Shown here piece by piece: positions 1 to 12,042 of a DNA stretch of 64,000 nt; position 1 is the stretch's first letter, and each line of letters starts with the position of its first letter. The translations under genes and the position numbers were made by a program. This DNA comes from Spirochaetia bacterium (GTDB lineage: Bacteria; Spirochaetota; Spirochaetia; UBA9216). The stretch spans positions 1,472,001 through 1,536,000 of the forward strand of contig OY776510.1 in NCBI GenBank assembly GCA_963675665.1, written 5' to 3'. A model generated the notes under the pieces. It made no database searches and had not been told where the DNA came from. It saw only the letters and a list, made by a program, of their open reading frames with translations.

Positions 1-2
1 TA

Positions 3-284
3 AAAGCAAATTATCCCAGCCTGAGTCCGGGAACTGTTTACCGGAATCTGGGCATACTTGTCGAACTCGGACTTGTAGACAAACTTGATTTCGGCAGCAC
101 GTTCGACAGGTTTGAGGCAAAGAAGGGCGATCATTATCATTTTATCTGTGAGAAATGCGGAGCTGTGATTGACCTGGAAATACCGATAAAATCTAATCTG
201 AATGCTGAAGTTGAAGCGATTGCCGGTTTTAAAACAAATAAACACCGAATTGAATTTTTTGGAGTTTGCGATTCGTGCAGCTGA
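3..284 (+). CDS. Fur-family regulator, PerR-like (5'-truncated by window edge)
   Basis: Hand translation KANYPSLSPGTVYRNLGILVELGLV...HYHFICEKCG...FFGVCDSCS*: Fur HTH motif TVYRNL, HxHxxCxxC and C-terminal CxxC; directly upstream of katG. Confidence 0.9.
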   Translation, partial: KANYPSLSPGTVYRNLGILVELGLVDKLDFGSTFDRFEAKKGDHYHFICEKCGAVIDLEIPIKSNLNAEVEAIAGFKTNKHRIEFFGVCDSCS

Positions 285-298
285 TTTTTTTAACATAT

Positions 299-317
299 AA
301 TAGTAATCGTTCCGAAT
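299..317 (+). promoter_or_regulatory. Possible PerR/Fur-type operator upstream of katG
   Basis: AATAGTAATCGTTCCGAAT is an imperfect AT-rich dyad between the Fur-family gene and katG; resemblance to Per boxes is by eye only. Confidence 0.4.
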
Positions 318-386
318 AGCGCAATATATTTTACGCTGGTAAACATATTGTGCAAACTAATTCAGCCGAAAGGCATACAGGAGTAA

Positions 387-2585
<2,199 letters not shown>

Positions 2586-2608
2586 TTAACATCAGGTTGG
2601 GAGAGGTC

Positions 2609-2641
2609 TCCGGCGGTGAGGTTTTATTCCTCATCGCCGGA
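2609..2641 (+). terminator. GC-rich hairpin after katG (terminator or mRNA-stabilising stem)
   Basis: TCCGGCGGTGAGG-TTTTATT-CCTCATCGCCGGA, 13-bp stem with one G-U pair; no U-tract follows. Confidence 0.5.
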
Positions 2642-2649
2642 ATAATACT

Positions 2650-3021
2650 ATGAAAAAAAATATTCTGCTGGTATCAGGACATCTTTCGCTGTTATTCGGA
2701 ATTACCGGTATTTTTGTTCCTGTTCTTCCGACCACACCCTTTCTCCTGATTTCAGCTGCCTGCTATATGAAAGGTTCCGGCAGGATGTATAACTGGCTGG
2801 TGAATCATAAAGTTTTGGGAACATTCATAAAACAGTATTTTGAATACAGGGCTGTATCGCAAAGAACAAAATTGATCTCTATTGCGTTTCTATGGACGGG
2901 AATATCTATTTCAATTATTTTTTTCATCGAGTCGGCTTTAGTCAGAATAATAGTCTCCGCTGTTGCAGTCGGCGTTACAATCCATATTGCTAAAATTCGT
3001 AATCTGGATAAAAAAGATTAA
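2650..3021 (+). CDS. YbaN/DUF454 family membrane protein
   Basis: GIFVPVLPTTPFLL signature, WLVNHKVLG, hydrophobic helices. Confidence 0.9.
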   Translation: MKKNILLVSGHLSLLFGITGIFVPVLPTTPFLLISAACYMKGSGRMYNWLVNHKVLGTFIKQYFEYRAVSQRTKLISIAFLWTGISISIIFFIESALVRIIVSAVAVGVTIHIAKIRNLDKKD

Positions 3022-3066
3022 GGTGAAATCAGGTTAATTTTTTGTCAGCTAATGTATAATAACTGC

Positions 3067-3435
3067 ATGAGCCTTTATTGGAGAGATATTGAGATTGTCC
3101 CCGGTATGATGCTGGACGTGGACTTCCTTCATCATGAAGTATTTAATAAAAAAGGAGAGCTGGTCAGAATCATGTGGAAGATCCTTTTTTTCGACAGCAG
3201 GACCGGCGATGATGCCTATATTGACTTTTCTTCCGGCCGGAAATACCCGATGGAGAAGGTCGTAAGGAAGAAAAGTCTGCAGAAAAAACTTGGGCGGGAA
3301 GAATTGCTCCAGCTTCCTTCAGGCACCGATTTCATGGTTGTTCAGGAATACCACGACGGTGAAGCTGCATTTAAACGATGTTATAATCTTGATATGCTGC
3401 ATGATATCCGGAATATCCGGGTTGCCGGTTCTTAA
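3067..3435 (+). CDS. Hypothetical protein (start moved to ATG 3067)
   Basis: Open frame; TATAAT at 3055-3060 overlaps the listed start and lies 6 nt before ATG 3067 (MSLYWRDIE). Confidence 0.65.
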   Translation: MSLYWRDIEIVPGMMLDVDFLHHEVFNKKGELVRIMWKILFFDSRTGDDAYIDFSSGRKYPMEKVVRKKSLQKKLGREELLQLPSGTDFMVVQEYHDGEAAFKRCYNLDMLHDIRNIRVAGS

Positions 3436-3481
3436 CCGGGCGGGATGTTTACAAGTCATGTTGTTAGTTTTCCTTTAAAAA

Positions 3482-3495
3482 GGGAAACGTTTCCC
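3482..3495. promoter_or_regulatory. LacI-family operator 1
   Basis: Perfect palindrome GGGAAACGTTTCCC upstream of the LacI gene; same core as the site at 4599-4610. Confidence 0.8.
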
Positions 3496-3512
3496 AATTG
3501 CCCGAAAAAACA

Positions 3513-3541
3513 TTGATAAAAGTTTCTAAAATAAATATGAT
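3513..3541 (+). promoter_or_regulatory. Sigma70 promoter of LacI gene (leaderless geometry)
   Basis: TTGATA-17-TATGAT, 6 nt before ATG 3548; no SD sequence. Confidence 0.65.
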
Positions 3542-3547
3542 GTAAAT

Positions 3548-4510
3548 ATGAGTGTTACGATTAAAGATATTGTTAAGATATCCGGATACGGTCTCGGTAC
3601 GGTGTCCAGGGTTTTAAACGGAAGCCAGGGTGTAAAGGATTCGACCAGGGAAAAAATTCTTGAAGTTGCGCGAAGACTGGACTACAAACCCAACAAAATG
3701 GCTAAAATGCTGGTGTCCGGATATAATACAAACTCGACAATCGGAATTATTCTGCCCAAAATAACCCATAAATTCTCGTTGAAAATATTAGAGGGAATAT
3801 ACGCTTACGTAAATGAAAGAGGTTACAGTCTTCTGATCTTTAATGTCGGAAAGCAGCGTGAAGCAGTCTTCAGGCAGATTATGTATGCTGATTTTGCAGG
3901 TTTGCTGTCATTGGTAGATCCGCTTACGGATAACGAAAAAACCATGCTGAAAGATCATAATAATGATTTCATTTATCTGGATCTTCATGAGAAGGGCGAA
4001 AACTCCATTTTTTTTGATAATATGCATGGTGGTCAGCTGGCGGCGGATTATCTACTGGATAAAAATTGTAAAAAGATCAGTTTTATTGGAGATTTATCTG
4101 AATCCCAGCAGGAAAAGGAAAGATTTTCCGGTTTCAAGGCAAGACTGGATGATGCCGGAATGGAGATCTGTGACGAATATCGAATCCCCTATGATGAAAC
4201 TGAAGCCTATAACGTGACCAAGGATATCATTACGAAAAAAAGGACCGACGGAATTTTCTATTATTGCGACGTTCTGGCTCTGGGCGGACTTAAAGCCAAA
4301 CAGGAACTGTCTTCAGATATACGGCTGATTGGTTATGACGATATCAGTCCGACCGAATATGTAAATTTATCCACGGTCAGACAGGATGCTTCCGAACTGG
4401 GAGAGCTGGGAGCCGAGAAGATAATTGATCTTATAGAGCGCAGAAACCAGAGAAATGTAGAACCTGTAAACATCTGTCTCAAGCCGGAACTGATAGACAG
4501 GGGCAGCTGA
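3548..4510 (+). CDS. LacI-family transcriptional repressor
   Basis: TIKDIVKISGYGLGTVSRVLN HTH, YKPN hinge, IGYDD and LSTVRQ motifs. Confidence 0.95.
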   Translation: MSVTIKDIVKISGYGLGTVSRVLNGSQGVKDSTREKILEVARRLDYKPNKMAKMLVSGYNTNSTIGIILPKITHKFSLKILEGIYAYVNERGYSLLIFNVGKQREAVFRQIMYADFAGLLSLVDPLTDNEKTMLKDHNNDFIYLDLHEKGENSIFFDNMHGGQLAADYLLDKNCKKISFIGDLSESQQEKERFSGFKARLDDAGMEICDEYRIPYDETEAYNVTKDIITKKRTDGIFYYCDVLALGGLKAKQELSSDIRLIGYDDISPTEYVNLSTVRQDASELGELGAEKIIDLIERRNQRNVEPVNICLKPELIDRGS

Positions 4511-4556
4511 TTAACCAGTAGTATGATGATAAATCCCGAATAATTACAATTTTTAT

Positions 4557-4585
4557 TTGACAAAGGGAATAAGTCGGGGTATTAT
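4557..4585 (+). promoter_or_regulatory. Sigma70 promoter of the sugar operon
   Basis: TTGACA-17-TATTAT. Confidence 0.75.
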
Positions 4586-4598
4586 CTTTCAATGGAAC

Positions 4599-4610
4599 GG
4601 AAACGTTTCC
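4599..4610. promoter_or_regulatory. LacI-family operator 2
   Basis: Perfect palindrome GGAAACGTTTCC just downstream of the predicted transcription start. Confidence 0.85.
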
Positions 4611-4637
4611 ATTTAAATAAACCGAAATGATATGTAA

Positions 4638-5981
4638 ATGATTAGCGATTCTGATGCGTTTAAAACAAACAAAGCCCCCCATATTATTATGGTTACAAAC
4701 CATGGAGTTCATGAATGGAAGATTGTTCCCGGGCTGAAGGATACCGGAGGTCAGAATATTTTTGTCAATCAATTTGCCGATGCGCTTGTGCTGTTCGGTT
4801 TTAAAGTGACCATTGTAAACCGGGGAGGGTATCCGCACCCGGTTACCGGAAAAATGCAGACCGGAACGGAGTTTAAAGACGAATCACGGCGGATTATCTA
4901 TCTTGAAGACGGCCACCCCGGGTTTATACGAAAAGAAGATATGCATGAGCAGGTGACAGCGCTGTCGGATAACCTGCTGAAAATGATTGAGGCAGAATCT
5001 GTTCCGCCGAAAATGATTATCTCGCATTACTGGGATGCGGCCGCTGTTGTTGTCAGGGCATTGGAAAGAATTGAAACACCCGTAAAGCATATCTGGATTC
5101 CTCACTCGCTGGGCGGGATTAAAAGAAAGAAAACAACTGAAAAAGAAAATGAAAATTTACGAATGGCAGAGCGGCTAAAAGCTGAAAATGAAATACTCAG
5201 GTCTGTAGAAACAGTTGTAGCAACCTCGGAGAAAATAAGGATTTCGTTAAGGCAGGATTACGGGTTTAATGGAAAAATTGCATTTATTCCCCCGTGTATT
5301 GAGGTTGAACGTTATCATCCGTTTCAAGTCGATGCTGACGATCCGGTTTACAGGATCCTTGCTGAGGGTGTTTCTGGTAATAACGCGACAGATTTTCATA
5401 ACGGTTTAATCGTGACTGAAATCAGCCGTACGGATAAAACAAAACGCAAGGATATATTAATCAGGGCTTTTGCTGAAATAGCTGACGAATTCCCGCTGTT
5501 ATTTCTTGCGATAACGATCGACAGACAAAGCCCGACGGGCAAAGAGTTGCTTAAACTGATTGACAAGCTGGGGATTGTTTCAAGAGTTGCAGTTCTCGGT
5601 TCAGTCTGGGAATACCTGCCTGCGCTGTACAATATTACGGATGTTTACTGTTCCCCGTCGGTCATGGAAGGCTTCGGAATGTCGGTTCAGGAAGCGGCAG
5701 CCTGCCGGACGGCTGTCGTAACCAGTGATTTAATTCCGTTTGCCGTTGAGTATCTTGTCGCTCAAAGTTCTGACGCCGCAGGCGCCGGGGCGCTGATTGT
5801 TGAAGCGGATGATATTCAAGGTTTTGCCGTGGCCCTGAGAAAGGTCCTTTCCAATACAGGATTCCGGGATGAAACGGCGGAAAATGCATACAGACGGACA
5901 ATACCTGATTTCACCTGGAACAGGGCTGTTTCCGGTTTTTTCCGGGATATCGGGTTTAAACCTGAGGAGACCGGCGTATGA
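4638..5981 (+). CDS. GT4 glycosyltransferase, sucrose-synthase/SPS/MfpsA-like
   Basis: DTGGQ loop, SHYWDA, PHSLG and EGFGMSVQEAAA (Ex7E). Confidence 0.85.
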   Translation: MISDSDAFKTNKAPHIIMVTNHGVHEWKIVPGLKDTGGQNIFVNQFADALVLFGFKVTIVNRGGYPHPVTGKMQTGTEFKDESRRIIYLEDGHPGFIRKEDMHEQVTALSDNLLKMIEAESVPPKMIISHYWDAAAVVVRALERIETPVKHIWIPHSLGGIKRKKTTEKENENLRMAERLKAENEILRSVETVVATSEKIRISLRQDYGFNGKIAFIPPCIEVERYHPFQVDADDPVYRILAEGVSGNNATDFHNGLIVTEISRTDKTKRKDILIRAFAEIADEFPLLFLAITIDRQSPTGKELLKLIDKLGIVSRVAVLGSVWEYLPALYNITDVYCSPSVMEGFGMSVQEAAACRTAVVTSDLIPFAVEYLVAQSSDAAGAGALIVEADDIQGFAVALRKVLSNTGFRDETAENAYRRTIPDFTWNRAVSGFFRDIGFKPEETGV

Positions 5982-7054
5982 ACGGCGGCATCGGTTTTGA
6001 TTTCATGAAAAGTTTAACCCAGAGTGAAGATATTACTTCGCTCACCGCCGATAAACTGGTTTCGTATTTCCGCGAAGACGAACAGATCTGCAATTATTTA
6101 CCTGAGATACAGGTTGCCAGGGATCCGAGAACTGATAACTATGTTGTTTTTAATGCAAAGCGGGCGTCCCGGCCCAAAGATAATACGCAGTCTGCAAACA
6201 GGGAGATTCCCGAATGCGTAATCTGCAGCGGAAAAACCACCGGCATTCTTGATCTGAAAAAGTTGAGCAGCGGGTACACCTTTATAAATAAGAACCTTTT
6301 CCCGATTCTTTATCCCCATGATTACCCGGTGCAGGCAGAGATGTCCGCAGGGTTTCACTTCCTTCAGTGGACAAGCTCTTTTCATGATAACGACTGGACC
6401 AATATGCCGGTAAAGGATCTGGCTGTCGTACTTGGCCGGACTGCCGCCGTTGAGGGATGGCTGCTTGAAAACAGCAGCCGGTTTTTCCAGGAAACCGGAA
6501 AAGGGTGGGTCTCCGTAATCAAGAATTACGGTAAAGCAGTCGGCGGCTCACTTAAGCATGATCACCAGCAGATAGGTTTCAGCTCGGTAATGCCGGGAAG
6601 AGTAAAAAGGAATATTGATTTCCTGAATGAAAACGGAATGAGTTTTTCGTCTTATCTGCTTGCGAAAAATCCGTCGTCCCTGACGCTTAAGGATTACGGA
6701 ACAGTAAAGCTTGTTGTTCCCTACTATATGGAACGTCCGCTGAATATGACGCTGATAGTAAAGGAAAGCGGAAAGGATTTTCTTTTTCAGCTTGATGACA
6801 AAGAGATTTCAGATACGGCTCAGGCCTGGTCTGATGCTGTTTCCGCAATTATGGAAATAATGCCGGCAATCGGCAGAGAGCCCGCATTTAATATTGTTTC
6901 CAATACCGGCGCGGGAATATATTTTGATTTTCTGCCCTTCACCCAGGAATTCGGAGGGTTTGAGCATTCCGGACTTTACCTCTGCCAGATGACCCCTGAT
7001 CAGGCACATCGGCTGATCAGCGAAAAGATTGAAAAGCGGAGTTATTCAGCATGA
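5978..7054 (+). CDS. GalT-like HIT-superfamily sugar-1-phosphate nucleotidyltransferase/NDP-sugar phosphorylase
   Basis: RDP..RASRP, CxxC, NLFPIL and KNYG..VGGSLKHDHQQ (HxHxQ). Confidence 0.8.
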   Translation: MNGGIGFDFMKSLTQSEDITSLTADKLVSYFREDEQICNYLPEIQVARDPRTDNYVVFNAKRASRPKDNTQSANREIPECVICSGKTTGILDLKKLSSGYTFINKNLFPILYPHDYPVQAEMSAGFHFLQWTSSFHDNDWTNMPVKDLAVVLGRTAAVEGWLLENSSRFFQETGKGWVSVIKNYGKAVGGSLKHDHQQIGFSSVMPGRVKRNIDFLNENGMSFSSYLLAKNPSSLTLKDYGTVKLVVPYYMERPLNMTLIVKESGKDFLFQLDDKEISDTAQAWSDAVSAIMEIMPAIGREPAFNIVSNTGAGIYFDFLPFTQEFGGFEHSGLYLCQMTPDQAHRLISEKIEKRSYSA

Positions 7055-7686
7055 TAGGCGACAAACTGGTTATAAAGAAAAAGCATACAGACAGGGCCGT
7101 CGAGATTACCGGGATCCTTAAACAAAATTATAAAAAGAACCGGGTGGTAAGCGTTTCCGGGGAATCCGGCGCCGGAAAGTCCGAAATGGCGCTTGAAATC
7201 CGCCGGCTTTTAACCGGGGACGGCATAAAAGCGGAGATTCTTCAGCAGGACGACTACTTCGTTTTTCCGCCGAAAACAAACGCCCGAATGCGGAGGAATA
7301 ATATTGAGCAGGTGGGTCTCTACGAGGTTAAACTCGATTTTCTTGATTCAAATCTGCGATCATTCAAGAAGGGCGAAGGGATCATCTATAAACCGCTGGT
7401 TGATTTTGACGCCGACAGCATTTCCTGTGAAGAGCTTGATCTTTCCGGGACAGAGGTCCTTATAGTTGAAGGCACCTTTACGTCCAGTCTTGATTTTGTT
7501 GATTACAGGATTTTTATTGATTGTAATTTCAGGCAAACTTTGGAGGCAAGGAGAGAGCGGAACCGGGAAGAGTTCGACGGGTTTATTGAAGATGTTCTTG
7601 TGCGTGAACATGAAATAATTAAAGAGCATAAATCATTGGCTGATATTGTGATTGCTTCTGATTACGGAAGCATAACCATAAAGTAA
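7051..7686 (+). CDS. Uridine kinase/PRK-like P-loop kinase
   Basis: GESGAGKS Walker A, QDDYF and LIVEG motifs. Confidence 0.8.
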   Translation: MIGDKLVIKKKHTDRAVEITGILKQNYKKNRVVSVSGESGAGKSEMALEIRRLLTGDGIKAEILQQDDYFVFPPKTNARMRRNNIEQVGLYEVKLDFLDSNLRSFKKGEGIIYKPLVDFDADSISCEELDLSGTEVLIVEGTFTSSLDFVDYRIFIDCNFRQTLEARRERNREEFDGFIEDVLVREHEIIKEHKSLADIVIASDYGSITIK

Positions 7687-7709
7687 ATAAAAAATCTTAT
7701 GGAGGTAAG

Positions 7710-9008
7710 ATGATGAAGAAAGTATCGTTAGTGTTGCTGATAATATTGACGGCAATACCTCTGTTTGCGGGAGGGCAGCAGGAAGCTGCTGAAGCAGACG
7801 GACCGGTTACTATCGAAGTATGGTTCCACTCCGGTAAGGGGGAAGAACGCGAAGTACTGAATACCCAGATTGAGGAATTCAATTCGATGCAGGACGAGGT
7901 GTTTGTTAATGCAACAATGCTGCCCGAAGGTTCATATAACGACCAGGTAAGCGCCGCTGCCCTTGCCGGCGATCTTCCGGACTTGCTGGATTTTGACGGA
8001 CCCTACGTTTATAACTATGCATGGGCCGGGCACATTATTCCGATGGACGGGTATATCTCCGCTGAAATGAAAGCCGATATACTTCCTTCGCTTATCGCCC
8101 AGGGAACTTACGAAGGAAAACTGTATGCGCTTGGAACATTCGATTCCGGCTTAAGCATTTGGGCAAATAAGGCCTATCTTGAAAAAGCAGGGGTGAGAAT
8201 ACCGACTTCAATGGAAGACAGGTGGTCTTTTGCTGAGTTTAATGATGCTCTGGCAAAACTGAAAGCTCTTCCCGAAACTGATTATGTAATTGATCTCAAG
8301 ATGGATTATGGCCAGGGTGAATGGTATGCGTACGGATTCTCCCCGATTGTTCAGGCTTTCGGCGGGGATTTGATTGACCGAAGCGATTACCAGTCTGCCG
8401 AAGGCGTCATAAACGGGCCCGAAGCAGTTGCTGCAATGGAATGGTTCCAGGATCTGTTCAACAAAGGATACGCAGTTGCACAGCCCGCAGGAGATGATGA
8501 TTTTTACGGTAAGAAAAACTGTGCATTGGCGCTGGTAGGACATTGGATGTGGCAGCCGCACAGCCAGGGACTTGGAGATGATCTGGTTCTGTTGCCGATG
8601 CCGGAAATGAAAAAAACCGCTGTAACCGGAATGGGTTCATGGTGCTGGGGTCTTACCTCGCAGAGTAAGAATCCCGACGCAGCCTGGAAATTTCTTGAAT
8701 ATATCATGCAGCCCAGCCAGACCTTGTTCATGAGCAATGGAAACGGGGCTGTTCCGGCAAGAATATCCGCCCTTGCACGCTCATCGCTATACGGTAAAGG
8801 CGCTCCTCTGGAAGTTTTTACCCAGCAGTTAAATTCAGATGTTGCAGTTCCGCGGCCGGTCACGCCTGCTTACCCTGTAATATCAAGCGCTTTTGCCGAG
8901 GCAGTTCAGAATATCATTACCGGCGCTGATGTAAAATCAGAACTCGACAGAGCCGCTGCAATAATTGACCAGGATATCGAAGACAATTCAGGATATCCTC
9001 TTAAATAA
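7710..9008 (+). CDS. Carbohydrate ABC transporter solute-binding protein
   Basis: Signal peptide ending FAGG; PDLLDFDGP; family-1 SBP features; RBS GGAGG. Confidence 0.92.
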   Translation: MMKKVSLVLLIILTAIPLFAGGQQEAAEADGPVTIEVWFHSGKGEEREVLNTQIEEFNSMQDEVFVNATMLPEGSYNDQVSAAALAGDLPDLLDFDGPYVYNYAWAGHIIPMDGYISAEMKADILPSLIAQGTYEGKLYALGTFDSGLSIWANKAYLEKAGVRIPTSMEDRWSFAEFNDALAKLKALPETDYVIDLKMDYGQGEWYAYGFSPIVQAFGGDLIDRSDYQSAEGVINGPEAVAAMEWFQDLFNKGYAVAQPAGDDDFYGKKNCALALVGHWMWQPHSQGLGDDLVLLPMPEMKKTAVTGMGSWCWGLTSQSKNPDAAWKFLEYIMQPSQTLFMSNGNGAVPARISALARSSLYGKGAPLEVFTQQLNSDVAVPRPVTPAYPVISSAFAEAVQNIITGADVKSELDRAAAIIDQDIEDNSGYPLK

Positions 9009-9019
9009 ATAAAAAAATA

Positions 9020-9048
9020 GTCCCGTACTTTTATGTACGGGACCTTTT
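9020..9048 (+). terminator. Hairpin between SBP and permease (partial terminator or stabiliser)
   Basis: GTCCCGTAC-TTTTAT-GTACGGGAC followed by CTTTT. Confidence 0.6.
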
Positions 9049-9062
9049 CCCAAGGAAAAAAA

Positions 9063-9980
9063 ATGAGTAAACAGGAAAAAATCCAGAATTTAAGAAAAAA
9101 AGAAGAACTTTCAGCATGGCTGTTTTGTGCGCCGGCGCTGATTTTGCTTTTTGTTTTTTTAATTTTACCGTTTATTCTGGCATTTATATTTTCTTTTACC
9201 GATCAGCGGCTTATACCCAATAAAAATCTGCCAACTGCATTTGTCGGGTTAAGGAATTTTATAAGGCTTGCCCAGGATTCGAATTTTCATACGGCATTGA
9301 AAAATAATTTTATATTTGTAATAGTCGTTGTCCCGGTTCAGACCGCTTTTGCCCTTGGGCTGGCCATGCTTATAAACCAGAAAGTAAAATTCGTGAATTT
9401 TTTCAGAACGGTTTATTTCAGCCCGGTTGTAACTACAATGGTAGTTGTTGCAATTGTCTGGTCGTTTCTTTATCACCCTGAAGCGGGGTTTATAAATAAA
9501 ATAATAAGCTTTATCAGCTTTGGAGCAGTTACTGAAATCTCCTGGCTGAAAGATCCCGATTATGCAATGGCAGCCATTATAATTCTTTCCGTCTGGCAGG
9601 GGGTAGGTTTCCAGATGATAATCTATCTTGCCGGTTTACAGGATATACCCCAGGAGTTGTATGAATCGGCAATGATGGACGGGGCCGGACCATGGAGACG
9701 GTTCCGTAATGTGACAATTCCCCAGCTTCGTAATACAACCATTTTTGTCGCCACATCAACGACAATCCTGGCCTTTAAGTTGTTTACGCAGGTTTGGGTT
9801 CTTACCAAGGGAGGGCCTCAGAACGCGACAATAACATCGATTGTTTATCTGTACAAACAGGGATTTAAACAGCTGAAGGTAGGTTATGCATCATCCATTG
9901 CGATAATCTTCTTTTTAATCGTTCTGATCATATCGCTTATACAGCGGAAATTTATAAAAGAGGAGAGAGCAATTGACTAA
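9063..9980 (+). CDS. Carbohydrate ABC permease (MalF/UgpA type); start moved to 9063
   Basis: EAA loop LYESAMMDGAG; AAGGA upstream of ATG 9063; the listed start falls inside the hairpin. Confidence 0.92.
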   Translation: MSKQEKIQNLRKKEELSAWLFCAPALILLFVFLILPFILAFIFSFTDQRLIPNKNLPTAFVGLRNFIRLAQDSNFHTALKNNFIFVIVVVPVQTAFALGLAMLINQKVKFVNFFRTVYFSPVVTTMVVVAIVWSFLYHPEAGFINKIISFISFGAVTEISWLKDPDYAMAAIIILSVWQGVGFQMIIYLAGLQDIPQELYESAMMDGAGPWRRFRNVTIPQLRNTTIFVATSTTILAFKLFTQVWVLTKGGPQNATITSIVYLYKQGFKQLKVGYASSIAIIFFLIVLIISLIQRKFIKEERAID

Positions 9981-10821
9981 TCATACAGGTAAAATGGTAA
10001 AAAAAACCTTACAGTACATTTTAATGTGCGCTCTTGTTGTTTTCTTTCTGTTTCCGATTGTCTTCATGTTTGTCTCTTCCCTGAAAAATAATGAAACGCA
10101 GATTATCAGCGATATGAGCAGTTTTAAAGGATTTATTCCGTACGGCGATATCGGGTTTAAAAACTATAAAGACGTTTTTGATCAGATGAGATTCGGCCGG
10201 TTCCTGTTTAATTCAGTCTTTATTACCACCACAGCGGTAGTATGCGGATTAATTGTAAACAGTCTTATTGCTTTCGCGCTTGCAAGGCTCAGGTTTAAAG
10301 GCAGAAATCTGCTTGTTGCTGTAATTATTGCATTGATAATAGTGCCTAATGAAGCAGTGGTTATACCTTTACTTTTTATAGTTAATAAATTCGGCTGGAT
10401 AGACAGTTATCATGTTCAGATAATACCCTATATAGCGGACCCCTTTTCGATATTTCTCTTCTATCAGTTTTTTATCTCTCTGCCCGGGGCCCTCGATGAA
10501 GCCGCAAAGATCGACGGAGCTTCATCATTACAGGTTTTTGTCAAAATTATTGTGCCGCTATCCAAACCTATTTACGCAACTGTTGCAATTCTGCAGGGAA
10601 TTATGCGCTGGGGAGAATTTCTCTGGCCGCTGATAGTAACCCGGGGAGAGGAATACCGGCCCCTGCCAATCGCAATTCAGCAGTTTTTCAGCCAGGATCC
10701 CAAAGTCTGGGGAGACCTGTTTGCTTTTGCATCAATGATTACAATTCCGCTTCTTATACTCTTCCTTGTTTTTCAGAAATGGTTTGTTCAGTCGGTTGCT
10801 TCAAGCGGGATAAAAAGCTGA
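9973..10821 (+). CDS. Carbohydrate ABC permease (MalG/UgpE type)
   Basis: LDEAAKIDGAS EAA motif; TTG start after AGGAG. Confidence 0.92.
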   Translation: MTNHTGKMVKKTLQYILMCALVVFFLFPIVFMFVSSLKNNETQIISDMSSFKGFIPYGDIGFKNYKDVFDQMRFGRFLFNSVFITTTAVVCGLIVNSLIAFALARLRFKGRNLLVAVIIALIIVPNEAVVIPLLFIVNKFGWIDSYHVQIIPYIADPFSIFLFYQFFISLPGALDEAAKIDGASSLQVFVKIIVPLSKPIYATVAILQGIMRWGEFLWPLIVTRGEEYRPLPIAIQQFFSQDPKVWGDLFAFASMITIPLLILFLVFQKWFVQSVASSGIKS

Positions 10822-10875
10822 AAAACGGTTTTTAACAGGGGGCTCCGGGTAACCGTCTCGTGAAACTGTCTTGGA

Positions 10876-12030
10876 TCAAATCGAAACAAGTGAGCCGAGC
10901 CCCATCAGGACCGCCATAATTATAAGAATGACAAGTATTATGGGATGGCCCCATCTGCCCAGAGTCCATTGAGGGTCTTTGACCGGGCCCTCTTTCTTCG
11001 CCATTAAATACAGCGGAACAGTCACAAAAACGAGAATCAGCGCGACAATGCCCGCTGCTATCGTCAGAAACCCGATAAAGCTGAATAAGCCCGTAAATGT
11101 GAGCAGAAGCGGCGGCAGGGTGGCCGACAGCCATGACAGACGTGCGCCTGCGCCAGTTCTTTCACTGATTATGTCGGCGAGCGCAAGCGAGACAGACCAG
11201 AAGCTGGTCAGCATGGCAAGGATGATGAAAAGCGATCCGGCTGTCTGTACCACTTTTCCTGCGGCCTGCCCGATGCCGACTATCGCTATCCCGGTAACGG
11301 ATCCGGATATACCCATTGCTGTTATTGTGAAAAAGAAAATCAGCATGCAATTAAGGCTTGTCCCCAGGATCACTGCGCCGACCGCAGCCTTTCTGTTGTG
11401 AGATAGCCCCTTTACTGCCTGGGGTACTGCAAAAAAGGAAAATAAGCTGTACATCACCATTCCGTAGAGAGCAAGGACGGATTTTGCACCGCCGGTGAAT
11501 GAAAGGTCAATACTGAAAGGAATCTTTACGGTTCCCGTGAGAATAATTATAACCATGATAATAATTCCGAAGAGCGCGTATTTTTCGAAAATTCCCACGT
11601 TTTTAAGACCGAAGAATATAACGGCTGCCGAGAGCAGGTAGAGACTTGTTCTCGAAATCGGGTTGGGCAGTCCTGTGAGTTCCGCCAGGATCTCCCCGCT
11701 GCCCTGCAGGTAGGCTGAAAGATTTGCCAGAAACGAGAGCAGCAGAAAAACGAATAAAACCTGGAGCACGTAAAGACCGATCCTGCCCCGGAATACATAA
11801 CGGCGTATTAATTCGACTATCTGGTTGTCGCTTCCGTCGCGGAACATTACTTCCACCAGCATAAGGTGAATAAGCAGGTTGAAGCCGTATGCGGCAAGCA
11901 GTATCAGTAAAAATGAAACAAAACCGCTTGCAGAGGCAAGAAACGGAACTGCCATGATTCCGCCCCCTACGCCTGATCCCATCACAATCGATGAGGCTTC
12001 AAGAAACGACAATTGACGGCTTTTTTTCAC
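10876..12030 (-). CDS. Aromatic/hydroxy amino-acid permease (HAAAP/TyrP-like)
   Basis: GSGVGGGIMAVP TM1 motif, LTSF motif, many TM helices. Confidence 0.75.
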   Translation of the reverse strand: MKKSRQLSFLEASSIVMGSGVGGGIMAVPFLASASGFVSFLLILLAAYGFNLLIHLMLVEVMFRDGSDNQIVELIRRYVFRGRIGLYVLQVLFVFLLLSFLANLSAYLQGSGEILAELTGLPNPISRTSLYLLSAAVIFFGLKNVGIFEKYALFGIIIMVIIILTGTVKIPFSIDLSFTGGAKSVLALYGMVMYSLFSFFAVPQAVKGLSHNRKAAVGAVILGTSLNCMLIFFFTITAMGISGSVTGIAIVGIGQAAGKVVQTAGSLFIILAMLTSFWSVSLALADIISERTGAGARLSWLSATLPPLLLTFTGLFSFIGFLTIAAGIVALILVFVTVPLYLMAKKEGPVKDPQWTLGRWGHPIILVILIIMAVLMGLGSLVSI

Positions 12031-12042
12031 TACGCATGCTCC

